A stretch of 64,000 nt of DNA from contig NC_057717.1 of NCBI RefSeq assembly GCF_004010195.1, forward strand, positions 103,035,667 through 103,099,666, in the 5' to 3' direction. Below the pieces are notes generated by a model that was given only the letters and a program-made list of their open reading frames with translations, was not told the origin of the DNA and did not search any database. Each line of letters begins with the position of its first letter. The first letter of the stretch is position 1. The position numbers were made by a program, and so were the translations under genes. Below are positions 48,085-59,995 of the stretch, one piece after another. The DNA comes from Chiloscyllium plagiosum. Taxonomy: Eukaryota.

Positions 48085-49895
48085 AAGACCATTAAAGCAG
48101 ATATTAGGCCATTTGGCCCGTTGAGTCTGCTCTGCCATTCAATCGTGGCTGATAGGTTTTTCAACTAGGAGAAAGTGAGGACTGCAGATGCTGGAGATCA
48201 GAGCTGAAAAATGTGTTGCTGGAAAAGCGCAGCAGGTCAGGCAGCATCCAAGGAGCAGGAGAATCGATGTTTCGGGCATAAGCCCTTCTTCAGGAATTCC
48301 CACTATCTCCCTGTAACTTTTGATTCACTTAACAATCAAGAACCTATCTGTCTCTGTCTGAGATATACTCAATGACCTGGCCTCCACAGCCTTCTGTGGA
48401 AATGAATTCCACAGATTCATCCCTCTCTGGCTGAAAATGTTTCTCCTTACCTTCATTCTAAAGGGTCTTCCTTTAACTCTAAGGCTGTGCCATCTTCCTA
48501 ACATCCACTCTGTCCAGGCCATTCAATATTCTGTAAGTTTCAATCAGATTACCTGTCATCTTTCTAAACTCCATTGAGTATAGCCACAGAGTCCTCAAAC
48601 GTTCCTCATATGTTAAACCTTCCATTCCTGTGATCACTCTCGAAAACTTCGTCTGCACCCACTCCAGGGCCAGTGCATACTTCCTAAGGTATGGGGCCCA
48701 AAACTACTCACAATACTCTAAACATGATCAAAGGCTCAGAGGTACATCCCTGCTTTTACATTCTAGTCCTCTCAAGATGAGGGATAACATTGCAATTATC
48801 TTCCTAATTACCGACTCAACCTTAAAAGATTCATGAACAAGAACCCCCAAGTCTCTTTGCGCTTTAGACTTCTGAATTTTCTCCCCATTTAGAAAATAGT
48901 CCATGCAAATATTCTTCTTACCAAAGTCTGCGACATCGCACTTTCCCACATTGCATTTCAACAGCCAACTCTTAGCCCATTCTCTAAATCTTTCTGTAGC
49001 CTTCCCTGCCTCCTCAATGCCACCTGTCCCTATACCTATCTTTGTATCGTCTGCAAACTTAGCCAGAATGCCCTCAGTTCCTTCATCTAGATTGTTAATG
49101 TATAAAATAAAACGGTGTGGTCCCAATGCTGACCCTTGCAGAACACCACTTGTCACCGGCTACCATCCTGAGAGGGACTCTTTATCCCCACTCTCTGCTT
49201 TCTGCCAGACAGCTAAGCTTTTATCCAAGCTAGCACCTTGCCTCTAACATCCTGGGCCCTTGTCTTACTCAGTAGCCTCCTGTGCGGCACCGTGTCAAAG
49301 GCCTTCTTGAGTCCAGGTAGACAACATCCACGGGCTCTCCTTGGTCTAACCTGCTCATTATTTCTTCAAAGAATTCTAGCAGGTTTGTCAGACATGACCT
49401 CCCCTTGATGAAACCATGCTGACTCTGCCCTATTTTACCAGACACTTCCAAGTATTCAGAAATCTCCTCCTTCATGATAGATTCCAGGATCTTACCCACG
49501 ACTGAGTATCGGCTAATCAATCTGTAATCTTCCGTCTTTTGCCTTACTCCCTTTTAGCTTCTTTCCAATCCTCTGGGACCATTCTTGATTCAAGCAATTC
49601 CTGAAAGATCACTACTAACGCCTCCACTATCTCTTCAGCTATCTCCCTTAGAATTCTGGGGTGTAGTCCATCTGGTCCATGTAATTTATCCACCTTCAGG
49701 CCATTCAGTTATTCTGCCTGGACAATGCTCTCTTGAATTTTTGGGATATTACTCGTGTGTTCCATTGTGAAGACTGACACAAAGTAATTATCCACTACCT
49801 CAGCCATTTCCTTGTTCCCTTCTACAATCTCTCGAGCATGGTTTTCAGGCTGCCAATGTCCACTTTTTCCTCTCTTTTGCCCTCTATATATCTAA
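48085..49895 (-). mobile_element. CR1 LINE ORF2 (RT) fragment, decayed
   Basis: SQHGFIKGRSCLTNLLEFFEE; SGVLQGSALGP..FILYINNLD..KFADDTKIG. Confidence 0.92.
48166..48299 (-). mobile_element. PLE family-1 terminus with hammerhead motif (48261-48299), inserted in a CR1 3' end
   Basis: Reverse complement gaattc-CTGAAGA-a-GGGC ttat GCCC-GAAA-ca-TC-gattc plus tail. Confidence 0.82.
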
Positions 49896-49904
49896 ATGGA
49901 GAGC

Positions 49905-50902
49905 TTTGTGGGATAGTGAGGGGCAATGAAGAGGGGCATTGTGGGATCATGAGGAGCAATGAAGTGGGTCTTTGTGGGATAGTGAGGGGAATGGAGAGAG
50001 GCATTGTGGGATAGTGAGAAGCAATGGAGGGGACATTGTGGAATGTGAGGTACAATGGAGAGAGGCATTATGGGATAGAAACGGGCACAAGAGAGGTGCA
50101 TTGTGGATTAGAGGGGCAATGCTGAGGGGTGATGAAGGGTGCATTGTGTGATAACGAGGGGCGATGAAGAGCATTGTGGAATAGTAAGCGGCAATGGAGA
50201 AGGGCATGGTGGGATAGTGAGGGACAATGGTGAGGCGCAATGGAGAGGGACATTGTTGGATAGTGAAGGGTAATGGAGAGAGACAATGTGTGATAGTAAG
50301 GGGTGATGGAGACGGGCTTTGAGGAATAGTGAGGGGAAATGGAGAGCATTGTGGGATAGTGAGGGGCAATGGAGAGAGACAATGTGGGAAAGTGAGGGAC
50401 AATGGAGAGCATTGTGGGATAGAGAGGGGCAAAGAAGAGCATTGTGGGATAGTGAGGGGCAATGGAGAGCATTGTGGGATAGTGAGGGGCAATGGAGAGA
50501 GACAATGTGGGAAAGTGAGGGACAATGGAGAGCATTGTGGGATAGAGAGGGGCAAAGAAGAGCATTGTGGCATAGTGAGGGGCAAACAAGAGCATTGTTT
50601 GATAGCGAGGAGCCATGGAGAGGGGTATTGTGTGATAGTGAGAGGCACTGGAAAGCATTGTGCGACTGTGAGGGGTACTGGAGAGCATTGTGGGAAAGTG
50701 AGGGGCAATGGAGAGGCTTGTGGGATAGTGAGGGGCAATTGAGAGCACTATGGGATAGTGAGGAGCATTGGAGAGGATTGTGGGATAGTGAGGGGCAATG
50801 GAGAGGATTGTGGGATAGTGAGGGGCATTGGAGAGGACTGTGGGATAGTAAGGGGCAATGCAATGGATTGTGGGATAGTAAGGGGCAATGGAGAGGATTG
50901 GG
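49905..50902. repeat. 30/32-bp purine-rich minisatellite, about 32 copies
   Basis: Unit tgtgggatagtgaggggcaatggagagcat. Confidence 0.95.
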
Positions 50903-51074
50903 TGACCATTCTGAAGGGAGTTTGAAAGGGGCGGTTGTGACAACCATGAGATTTCCTCAGAGTTTTCAAGATGAAGAAGATTGGAGGAAGTTTGGAAAGA
51001 GGTCAACCTTTTTTTAAACTACATAGGATTGTGCCAAGTCTCAGCGTAGATCAAACAGTTACAATAATATAAAA

Positions 51075-51200
51075 CTAAGAAACCCCACAGATGCTGGAGA
51101 TCTGAAGCCAAACAAAGGCAGAAATTGCTGAAAAATCTCAGCAGGTCTGGGCTGCATTTGTGCAGAGAGAAAAAACAGAGTTAACATCTCGAGTCCAGTT
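51075..51200 (-). mobile_element. Left arm of an old fold-back PLE element (right arm 52590-52672)
   Basis: tctcagcaggtctg...ctcgagtccag versus ctggactcga...cagacctgctgagt. Confidence 0.62.
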
Positions 51201-51209
51201 TTATGAGGA

Positions 51210-52582
51210 ACATAGAACATAGAACAATACAGCACAGAACAGGCCCTTCGGTCCTCGATGTTGCGCCGACCCGTGAACTATTCTTAGCTCGTCCCCCTAC
51301 ACTATCCCATCATCATCCATGTACATATCCAAGGATTGTTTAAATATCCCTAATGTGACTGAGTTAACTACATTAGCAGGCAGGACAATCCACGCCCTTA
51401 CCACTCTCTGAGTAAAGAACCTACCTCTAACATTTGTCTTAAATCTATCACCTCTCAATGTGTAGTTATGCCCTCTAATACAAGCTGATGTCATCATCCT
51501 AGGAAAAAGACTTTCACTGTCTACACTATCTAATCCTCTGATCATCTTGTATGTCTCTATCAAATCCCCCCTTAGCCTTCTTCTTTCCAATGAGAACAGA
51601 CCCAAGTCCCTCAGCCTTTCCTCATAAGACCTTCCCTCCAGACCAGGCAACATCCTGGTAAATCTCCTCTGCACCTTTTCCAATGCTTCCACATCCTTCC
51701 CGAAATATGGTGATCAGAACTGCACACATTATCCCAAGTGTGGCCGCATCAGCGTTTTGTACAGTTGCAGCACGATATTGCAGCTACAGAACTCAATTCC
51801 TCTACCAATGAAACCTAACACACCGTATGCCTTCTTAACAGCACTATCCACTTGGGTGGCAACTTTCAGGGATCTATGTACATGGACTCCAAGGTCCCTC
51901 TGCACAATCACACTACCAAGAATCTTTCCATTGACCCAGTATTCTGTCTTCCTGTTATTCTTCCCAAAGTGCAGCACCTCACATTTAGCTGCATTGAACT
52001 CCATTTGCCACCTCTCAGCCCAATTCTGCAGTTTATCTAATTCCCCCTGCAATCTTTAACATTCTTCCAAACTGCCCACTACTCCACCGACTTCAGTGTC
52101 ATCTGCAAATTTACTAATCCATCCACCCATGCCTGCATCTAAGTCATTTATAAAAATGACAAACAGCATTGGTCCCAAAACAGACCCTTGTGCCACACCA
52201 CTAGTAAGCGGACTCCAGGCTGAATATTTTCCATCAACCACCACTCGCTGCCTTCTTTCTGAAAGCCAGTTTCTAATGCAAACTGCTAAATCACCCTCAA
52301 TCCCATGCCTCTGTATTTTCTCCAACAGCCAACCATGTGGAACCTTATCAAAGGCTTTACTGAAGTCCATGTATACCACATCAACTGTCCTACCCTCATC
52401 TACATGCTTGGTCACCTTCTCAAAAAATTCGATAAGTTTTGTGAGACACAACTTGCCCTTGATGAAACCATGTTGACTATCTGAAATCAAATTGTTGCTT
52501 GCTAGATGATTATAAATCTTATCTTTTACAAAACCTCTCCAACAACAGAGGTAAGGCTCACTGGTCTATAATTACCAGGGTT
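51210..52582 (-). mobile_element. Relatively young 5'-truncated CR1 LINE (RT to 3' end)
   Basis: Three consecutive ORF pieces: DFSKAFDKVPH, QGSVLGP, KFADD, WQMEFNAAKC, LFSLERRRLRGDLIE; (ttctatg)n tail. Confidence 0.95.
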
Positions 52583-52959
52583 ATAGACCAGGAAGGGTTG
52601 CTGGACTCGAAAACTCAACATTGCTTTCTCTCCTCACAGATGCTATCAGACCTGCTGAGTCTCTCCGGGCATGTGTAAGAACCTTTTGCCACGTGGACAT
52701 TTAGGAACAGGGTCCTGAGGAAAACTTCAACTCAGCGCTGTACAACCCTTCCTTCCTGATGAGACTTTATCCCCCCTAACAACTTCCCAGCAAGAGTTTA
52801 TCTGGTCATATCTGAAAGAGAATGGTTCCTATGGAAGGCCAGGACCTGAGCTATTAACTCTTTCTCTCCCCATAGGTCAGCAATGATCCTACTGAATGGT
52901 GGAGCAGGCTTGAGAACTGCCCCTGTTCCAATTTCCTATGGTCTTATGAAGTGATGTAG

Positions 52960-53285
52960 GACAGCATGGAGCTCTCAGCGCCAGGGACCTGGGTTCGATT
53001 CCGGCCTCGGGTGACTCCCTGTGTGGAGTTTGCACATCCTCCCTGTGTCTGCGTGGTCTGGGTGCTCCAGTTACCTCCAGGTGGCTCCAGTTTCCTCCCA
53101 CAGTCCAATGATGTGCAGGTTAGAGTGAATTGGCCGTGCTAAATTGCTCCATTGTGTGCAGGCTTGGTGGGTTAGCCATGGGAAATATGGGGTAGAGGAG
53201 TAGATCTAGGTGGGATGTTCTTTGGAGGTATGGTGCAAACTCGATGGGCTGAATGGCCACTTTCTGCACTATAGGGATTCTATGA
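52960..53285 (+). mobile_element. HE1/V-SINE
   Basis: B-box ggttcgattcc, V domain, tail. Confidence 0.87.
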
Positions 53286-53514
53286 CGTACAGTCATTTGG
53301 CTGTATCTACTACCTTTTCCTTTCGACCCTGTCAGTCTTGGCTTCCATGTCTTCAGGGGCAAGAATGTTGCTGTCTGGATTTGGACTGTAGATTTAAATC
53401 TGTTATGGGAGCCAGATCATCAATTTTCCTTCCAAACCCTCCCAGCCTTGAAGGTGTCACAGATTGGAGTCCTCCTTTTGTTGTCCTGGACATATTTCTT
53501 ACTTGACCAATCAT

Positions 53515-54078
53515 GCGGTGGTACGGTGGCTCAGTGGTTAGCACTGCTGCCTCACAGCACCAGGGTCCCAGGTTCGATTCCAGCCTCGGGCAACTGTCTG
53601 TGTGGAGTTTGCATATTCTCCCCGTGTCTGTGTGGGTTTGCTCCNNNNNNNNNNNNNNNNNNNNNNNNNNNNNNNNNNNNNNNNNNNNNNNNNNNNNNNN
53701 NNNNNNNNNNNNNNNNNNNNNNNNNNNNNNNNNNNNNNNNNNNNNNNNNNNNNNNNNNNNNNNNNNNNNNNNNNNNNTTCACGCTTCAGGCTCTCTGCCT
53801 TTATTCCTGATTGAAGGGCTTTTGCCCGAAACGTCGATTTCGCTGCTCCTTGGATGCTGCCTGAACTGCTGTGCTCTTCCAGCACCACTAATCCAGAATC
53901 TGGTTTCCAGCATCTGCAGTCATTGTTTTTACCAGGTTAGGTGAACCGGTTATGTTTAATTGCCTGTCGTGTTAGGTGCATTAGTCAGAGGGAAATGGGT
54001 CTGGGTCCGTTACTCTTCGGAGGGTCGGTGTGGACTGGTTGGGCCGAAGGGCCTGTTTCCACACTGTAGAGAATCTAA
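53515..54078 (+). mobile_element. HE1/V-SINE interrupted by an N gap and a PLE terminus
   Basis: Head 53515-53644, body resumes at 53934. Confidence 0.87.
53778..53933 (+). mobile_element. PLE terminus with hammerhead motif carrying a 1-nt core insertion
   Basis: attc-CTGATTGA-a-GGGC tttt GCCC-GAAA-cg-TC-gat at 53803-53838. Confidence 0.78.
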
Positions 54079-54169
54079 TGTAATATTAAAAGCAGTTCAG
54101 CAACATTTACATATGACTGTTCAGTCAACAAAGACCAAAAAAACAAACACACCTGATCAAAAGGGATTG

Positions 54170-54580
54170 GAGCTTCACAAGAAGAGACGGGAGAAACTGA
54201 AATTGTCCTCCTTGGGATAGAGAATACAAGGAATGATTTCACAGAGATATTCAGCATTCTGAGTGGGCCTATTAAGAGGAAATCACTTCCACTGGCAAGA
54301 AATCCAGTAACCAGAGGAGACAGATTTAAAATAATTAAGAACCGATGGGAGACAGGGGGTTTTAAAGTACATGTGTTAGGATGGAGAATGCACTGACTTG
54401 GAAAAAATGGTGTACGCACGTTCGAAGTAACTTGTCAAAGGAAGTGGATAATTATTCAGAAAGAAAAGCGTTTCCCCATCCATAGGGAAAGAGTAGGGGA
54501 GTGGGACTCATTGTGTAGCTCTTGCAAAGGGCCAGAACAGGTGTGATGGGCAGATTCCCTCCTTCCGTGCTGAATAATTC
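54170..54580 (+). mobile_element. Ancient CR1 3' remnant
   Basis: cttccactggcaagaaatccagtaaccagaggagacagatttaaaataatt. Confidence 0.6.
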
Positions 54581-55276
54581 CACAGCTTTCTTAAGGCTTG
54601 CTGCTTGATCAGGTTAAATAGATCCTTTGCTTATTCGTCAGGGACAATGGAGAGGTTGACTATGTGTTCCCTTTCTCGGTACAGGTCGTTATCGCTGAGA
54701 GAGAGGGAGAGCAGGGTTCATCACCAGGACACTTTCCTTCCATCAGTGCAAGGAAACACCTCACACAAAGCATCTCTACTGTACAAGGTTGGGAATTCCC
54801 AGTGCAGCTCCCTGCAATGACACGTTTCCCAGGAGTAACTGAGACTTTTCATCCGGGGTTTGAGAGAGGGAGGGAGGGAGGGAGGGAAGCAAAGATGTTT
54901 TATCCTGCAGAATAGAGTGATATTCCCAGCCGGAGTCAGGACAGTTACGTAATTCCTCTGGCAATCATTCTTGGAGACCACACTGCGTTAAGTTCAATTT
55001 ATGCCCATCAGTTGAGTTCAGTAATTACCCTGCACTCGTTGCATTTTGTCAAAGGTGCTGGGCTCTTATCAAGAGAAATAGCTGTCCTTCAGATCACAGA
55101 GTTTTGGCTGAGGGAGTTCAGTGTTCTGTCTGAGATTAAGCCAGTTTTATTTTTAACTCTAATGTCTCCTTTGACCCTCAGATGGGCTTCTGACTTCATT
55201 ATCACGCAATCTCCAGTGACCCACCTATTTAATAATGTTTCGATTTCATTCCTCTTCCCAGCTCATCTATCGCCAG

Positions 55277-55567
55277 ATTCATAGAATCCCTACAGGGTGG
55301 AAGCAGGCCCATCGAATCCACAACCACCCTCTGAACAGCATCCCACCCAGACCCAACCCCTGAATTTCCCATGGCTAACCCACCTAGCTCATACATCATG
55401 GCCAATCTTCCGAACCTGCACATCTTTGGATGAACTCGGAGCAAACCCAGGCAGGTCCGGGGAGAATGTGCAAACTGCACACAGACAGTCGCCCGAGGCT
55501 GGAATCGAACCCAGGTCCCCTGGCGCTGTGAGGCAGCAGTGCTAACCACTGAGCCACCCAGCCACAC
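55277..55567 (-). mobile_element. HE1/V-SINE
   Basis: Head and V domain on the reverse strand. Confidence 0.9.
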
Positions 55568-56214
55568 CTACAACAGAAACCTTCCTTCACTGCTTTTTCA
55601 CCACCTGACAATTCCAACACAGGGGAATGTTCTCATCATTCTGACTTGGGAATATATCGCCGTTCCTTAAGTGTCGCTGGGTTAAAATCCTGGAACTGTC
55701 TCCCTGATGGAAGTGTGAGTGACTTTACATTCCAATGGACTGCAGCAGTTCCCAAAGGTAGTCAGGGGCAGCTAAGGAAGGACAATAAGCGCTGGACCAC
55801 ATCCCCAAACAGCGACTCGGCTGCTCTCCCACGTTCTGCAAAATTCTTCCTCCGATTCAATGGATCCAGGTTGGCAGAGAATTAGATGGAATAGAAACAG
55901 AGCAACCCGTTCATGTTGGAGTTTGCGTTTCACTCAAGTCTCCTGCCATTGTTCTTACTCTCGCCATAGCAGGCTATCCCTCCGTTCCTTACTTTCACAT
56001 GTCCTTATCTAGCTTCTCCTTAAAGCTGAAACAAGCCCCACGGTCTCACCACTCAGTTGCAGTTTCTCTGTTGTGTGGCTTTGTTGATCATCTTGCTCGT
56101 GTGTGCATCGATGAGTTTGTTATTGTTGACTTGGCCGAACATTGGACTTAAAAGAGCTGGTATCTGAAAGAAACCGGGATGTCTATTTTAGAGCACAACA
56201 GAGTGGTACACATT

Positions 56215-56468
56215 CAGGTTCAATTCCAGCCTCAGGCAACTGTCTGTGTGGAGTTTGCACATTCTCCCCGTGTCTGCGTGGGTTTCCTCCGGTTTACTCC
56301 TACAGTCCAAAGATGTGCAGGTTAGGGTGGGGGGTTGGCCACGCTAAATTGCCCACAGTGTTAGGTGCATTAGTCAATGGGTCTGGGTGGGTTACTCTTC
56401 AGAGGGTCGGTGTGGACTGGTTGGGTTGAAGGGCCCTTTTTCACACTATAGGGAATCTAATCTAATCT
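56215..56468 (+). mobile_element. HE1/V-SINE, 5'-truncated
   Basis: V domain and (aatct)n tail. Confidence 0.88.
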
Positions 56469-56494
56469 CATCATGTCTTATGGTCTTAACTCCA

Positions 56495-56665
56495 GCACAT
56501 CTGGCAACTCCTGTAGACGGAGAAAAACAGTTAACATTTTGAGTCTGGTATGACTTTTCTGAGAAACTAAGTTTCTCTAGTTCCTTAGAAAAGTCATATC
56601 AGAAATGTTAACTGTATTTCTCCCTCCACAGGTGCTGCCCGACCTGCTGAGTTTCCCCAACAAAT
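56495..56665. mobile_element. Old fold-back PLE element
   Basis: acagttaacattt..tatgacttttct / agaaaagtcatat..aaatgttaactgt inverted arms. Confidence 0.65.
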
Positions 56666-56689
56666 CTTCTTGTAATACGGAATCTAGTG

Positions 56690-57000
56690 ACTCGAGCTAA
56701 TGTTCCAGGGACAAGGATTCAAATCCACCATGCCAGATGGCGTGATTTGAATTTTACGACAATCTGGAATGTAAAACTGGTGACCATTGGGATCTTCATT
56801 AACAAAAACCCATCTGGTTCCCTAATGTCTTTGAGGGAAGAATAGATCATTAGAGGTCTGGCTCACTTGTAACTACAGACCCACAGCAGTGTGCTTGACT
56901 CTTAATTGCTCTCTGGAATGGCCTAGAGAGAGAGATAACCAGGGGTGGGTAATAACTACTGATCTCGCCAACAACACCACATCCCACAACAGAATTTTGA
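56690..57000 (+). mobile_element. SINE family B, diverged
   Basis: aaaacccatctggttccctaatgtc...agacccacagcagtgtgcttgactcttaa. Confidence 0.7.
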
Positions 57001-58003
57001 AAATCTGTTCCTTGCATTATTCATGAATCTGTTGTTGTAGTGCTCACTTAAAATATGTTTTATTTTACAATGATACAATGAGCCTTGGTCTATTCATATC
57101 ATGCTGCATAAAAAGGTTTATTGCACTTTAACAATGTCCCTGGCTTTGCCTTGGTGTCTGACTGATGACCATGTATGTGTCATGTGGCTCAGTTTGAGTC
57201 TTTATCCTGTGCTCCTGTGCAGCCCCTTGTTACCACCGGAGAGATGTTATATAAAAGCACGTTATTGTTGTTGTTAAGTTGATCAGCTGGCTTCTACATC
57301 TGTTACGCGACTAGCTAATCGCACGGTGCCATATCCAATTAGCGTCACGAGGGGAGGAACAATCTCTATATTGCGTTTTTTTTCTGGAGCATTTCAGAGC
57401 TGAGACTGCAAATCATCCAATACAATATGCTGGAATAATAGCAACAATTTAAACTGAACCCTGGTGGAGCGAACTGCTGCACATTGAAGGTTGTTAGGCT
57501 GTTTGATGTTATTTCCTTGATGTTCAGGCATCACCAAGGCTTTGATACTTTGCTTTTTTTTCCCACTAATTGCCATTTCTATTGATTTTTTTTTGTCAGG
57601 CATCAGACTTTCCAGAAGTCTACTGTGTGTGAACACCCTGCGAACTGCCCGACTCAGACCCTGCTCAGAAAAGAATCTCAGTGCAAAGATAGATTAGAGA
57701 CTTTTTATAGCACCGTCTATTGTTCAGCAAGCTGATTGTTTTTTTTAATGGAGATGTCTAACGGAAGGGCTGTGAACCCCAGAGCAGTCCAGTTCCAGGG
57801 TCAAAGAGAACAGGGAGGAGATACACAGTATAAACTGCAATGGTCAAAGCTGGTAGACTCCTGTCTTATTACAGCTCAAAGAACTGTGTCTCTGCTTTCA
57901 ATTAATAGTCATTGTAAGGGGTGCAAGTGAAGATTTCCAAGGAGCGAATTCACGACTGAAAGGGTCAGAGGAGATGGCACAGCCTGACATTCTTTGTTCT
58001 ACA

Positions 58004-58214
58004 GATGAAAATGTGCTGCTGGAAAAGCGCAGCAGGTCAGGCAGCATCCAAGGAACAGGAGAATCGACGTTTCGGGCATAAGCCCTTCTTCAGGAAGGGC
58101 TTATGCCCGAAATGTCGATTCGCCTGTTCCTTGGATGCTGCCTGACCTGCTGCGCTTTTCCAGCAGCACATTTTCAGCTCTGATCTCCAGCATCTGCAGT
58201 CCTCACTTTCTCCT
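58004..58214. mobile_element. Young 211-bp fold-back PLE family-1 mini-element with 16-bp TSD
   Basis: Arms 58006-58088 and 58094-58176 (81/83 complementary), 5-nt loop, 38-nt tail; TSD cattctttgttctaca at 57988-58003 and 58215-58230. Confidence 0.9.
58062..58096 (-). ncRNA. Minimal type-I hammerhead ribozyme motif (PLE family 1), intact core
   Basis: Reverse complement ttc-CTGAAGA-a-GGGC ttat GCCC-GAAA-cg-TC-gatt. Confidence 0.75.
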
Positions 58215-58284
58215 CATTCTTTGTTCTACAACAGAGAACGAAGGGATGGCCTCTGAAGAGAGCTAAAGCTTCCAAAAGGGGGTG

Positions 58285-58730
58285 ATTGACTAGGTTAGGA
58301 TTGTTTTTGCTGGGGTTCAGGCAACTGAGGGAGGATCTCATAGAGATTTATAACATTCGAACAGGACTAGACAGGGTAGATGCAGGGAGGATGTTCCTGA
58401 TGGTGGGTGTGTCCAGAACCAGGGGTCACAGTCTGAGGATTCGGGGTAGACTATTTAGGACAGAGATGAGGAGGCATTTCTTCACCCAAAGAGTGGGGAG
58501 CCTGTGGAATTCATTACCACAGGAAGGAGTTGATGCTAAAACATTGAATGTATTCAAGAGGTGGCTGGATATAGCACTTGGGGTGAATGGGATCAAAGGT
58601 TATGGGGAGAAAGGAGAATTAGGTTATTGGGTTGGATGATCAGCCATGATTGTGATGAATAGCAGAGCAGGCTCGAAGGGCCAAATGGCCTCCTCCTGCT
58701 CCCATCCTTCTGTCTCAATGTTTCTATGAA
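58285..58730 (+). mobile_element. CR1 LINE 3' fragment
   Basis: SRTRGHSLRIRGRLFRTEMRRHFFTQRVGSLWNSLP. Confidence 0.92.
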
Positions 58731-58824
58731 TGTGCTTGCTAGGGAGCATGGGCAAAAGAGCTGAATTCAAGAAGTCAGGTGAGAGAGACCTGCGGGTCAA
58801 GTTCAGGCGTGGGTCAACAGGTTA

Positions 58825-59580
58825 CATGCAGAATTGCTAAGCAATGACCATTTCCAGAAAGAGAGAATCTAATCATCACCTCTTGATGTTTCAATAGTAC
58901 TACTATCACTGAATCCCCTACCATCAAAATCATGGAAGTCGCCATTGACCAGAAATTAAACTAAACCAACTATATCAATAAACACAGTGGCTACAAGAGC
59001 AAGTCAGAAACGAGAAGACATGCAGAGAGTAACTCACCTCCTGATTTCCCCAAAGCCTGCCCACCACCTACAAGGCACAAGCCAGGAGTGTAATAGGATC
59101 CATCCACTTGCCTGGACGGGGGCATCTCTCCAACCACACTTGAGAAACTTGACACCATCCAGGACAAAGCAGCCCGCTTGATTGTCATCACATCCACAAG
59201 CATTCACTCCCTCCACCACTGACCCTCAGTAGCAGCAGTGTGTCCCAGCTACAAGATGCACTGCAGAAATTCACCAAAGATTCCCCACAACACCTTCTAA
59301 ACTTGAAACCCCGACCAGCTAGAAGGGCAAGGGCAGCAGATACATGGGAACACCAGTTCCCTGCAGGTTCCCCTCTGAGCCACTCACCATCCTGACTTGG
59401 AAATATATCAGTGTTCCTTCAGTGTCACTGGGTCAAATCCTGGAACTCCGTCCCAGAGGACACTGTGGGTCTAACCATACTTACAAATGTTGCTGCTTTG
59501 GTGACAGTTCATTACCACCATCTCCAGGACAATTTCAGCAATAACTGCTGATCCCAGCCACTGATACTTCTGTACAGTGA
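58825..59580 (+). mobile_element. Family-B LINE 3' fragment
   Basis: ctacaaggcacaagccaggagtgtaat...aaacttgacaccatccaggacaaagcagcccgcttgatt. Confidence 0.83.
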
Positions 59581-59759
59581 AGGAACCTTTGGAAAAAAGA
59601 GGTTTAGACAGGACATTTCCACTTGTTAGAGAGTACAAACCATAAAACAGTCACTAATAATCCTGCTGTTTATTGAGGAGAGACATTGTTACTCAGGAAG
59701 TAACGAGGATACAGCACAGGATTGGTTGAGGTAAGTAATGCAGATGGGAATAAGAAGAA

Positions 59760-59995
59760 ACTAGAGAAACACACAAAAAAAACCATAGTCTTACCAGACT
59801 GTAGAGCTGCCTCCTCATTGGAGAAAGAGAGAGAGAAATATGACTGGTCTGGGTTTAACCTGAGGGTCCCCCCCACCCTGCGAGGAGGAGAGGAGAGATT
59901 GAGAAAGGGAGTCCTTCATGATAGCCTCAGTGTGGGAATTGACCCCACACTGCAGGCATCACTAACCAGCTGTCCAGCCAAGTGAGCTAACCAAA
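59760..59995 (-). mobile_element. SINE family C
   Basis: tttaacctgagggtc...gttagctcacttggctgg head on the reverse strand. Confidence 0.7.

Noticed and set aside
49947..51017. Long ORFs of 137-312 aa on both strands
   Set aside because: They are translations of a 30-bp minisatellite; the unit length divisible by 3 explains the open frames.
51210..52582. Functional reverse transcriptase gene
   Set aside because: 5'-truncated and broken into three ORF pieces; no endonuclease domain or ORF1.
53448..53944. ORFs spanning N runs (also at 28784 and 33734)
   Set aside because: They are open only because assembly gaps translate as X.
58004..58214. DNA-transposon MITE or microRNA precursor
   Set aside because: The asymmetric tail, variable 13-16 bp TSDs and identity with PLE termini indicate retroelement origin; there is no evidence for miRNA processing.
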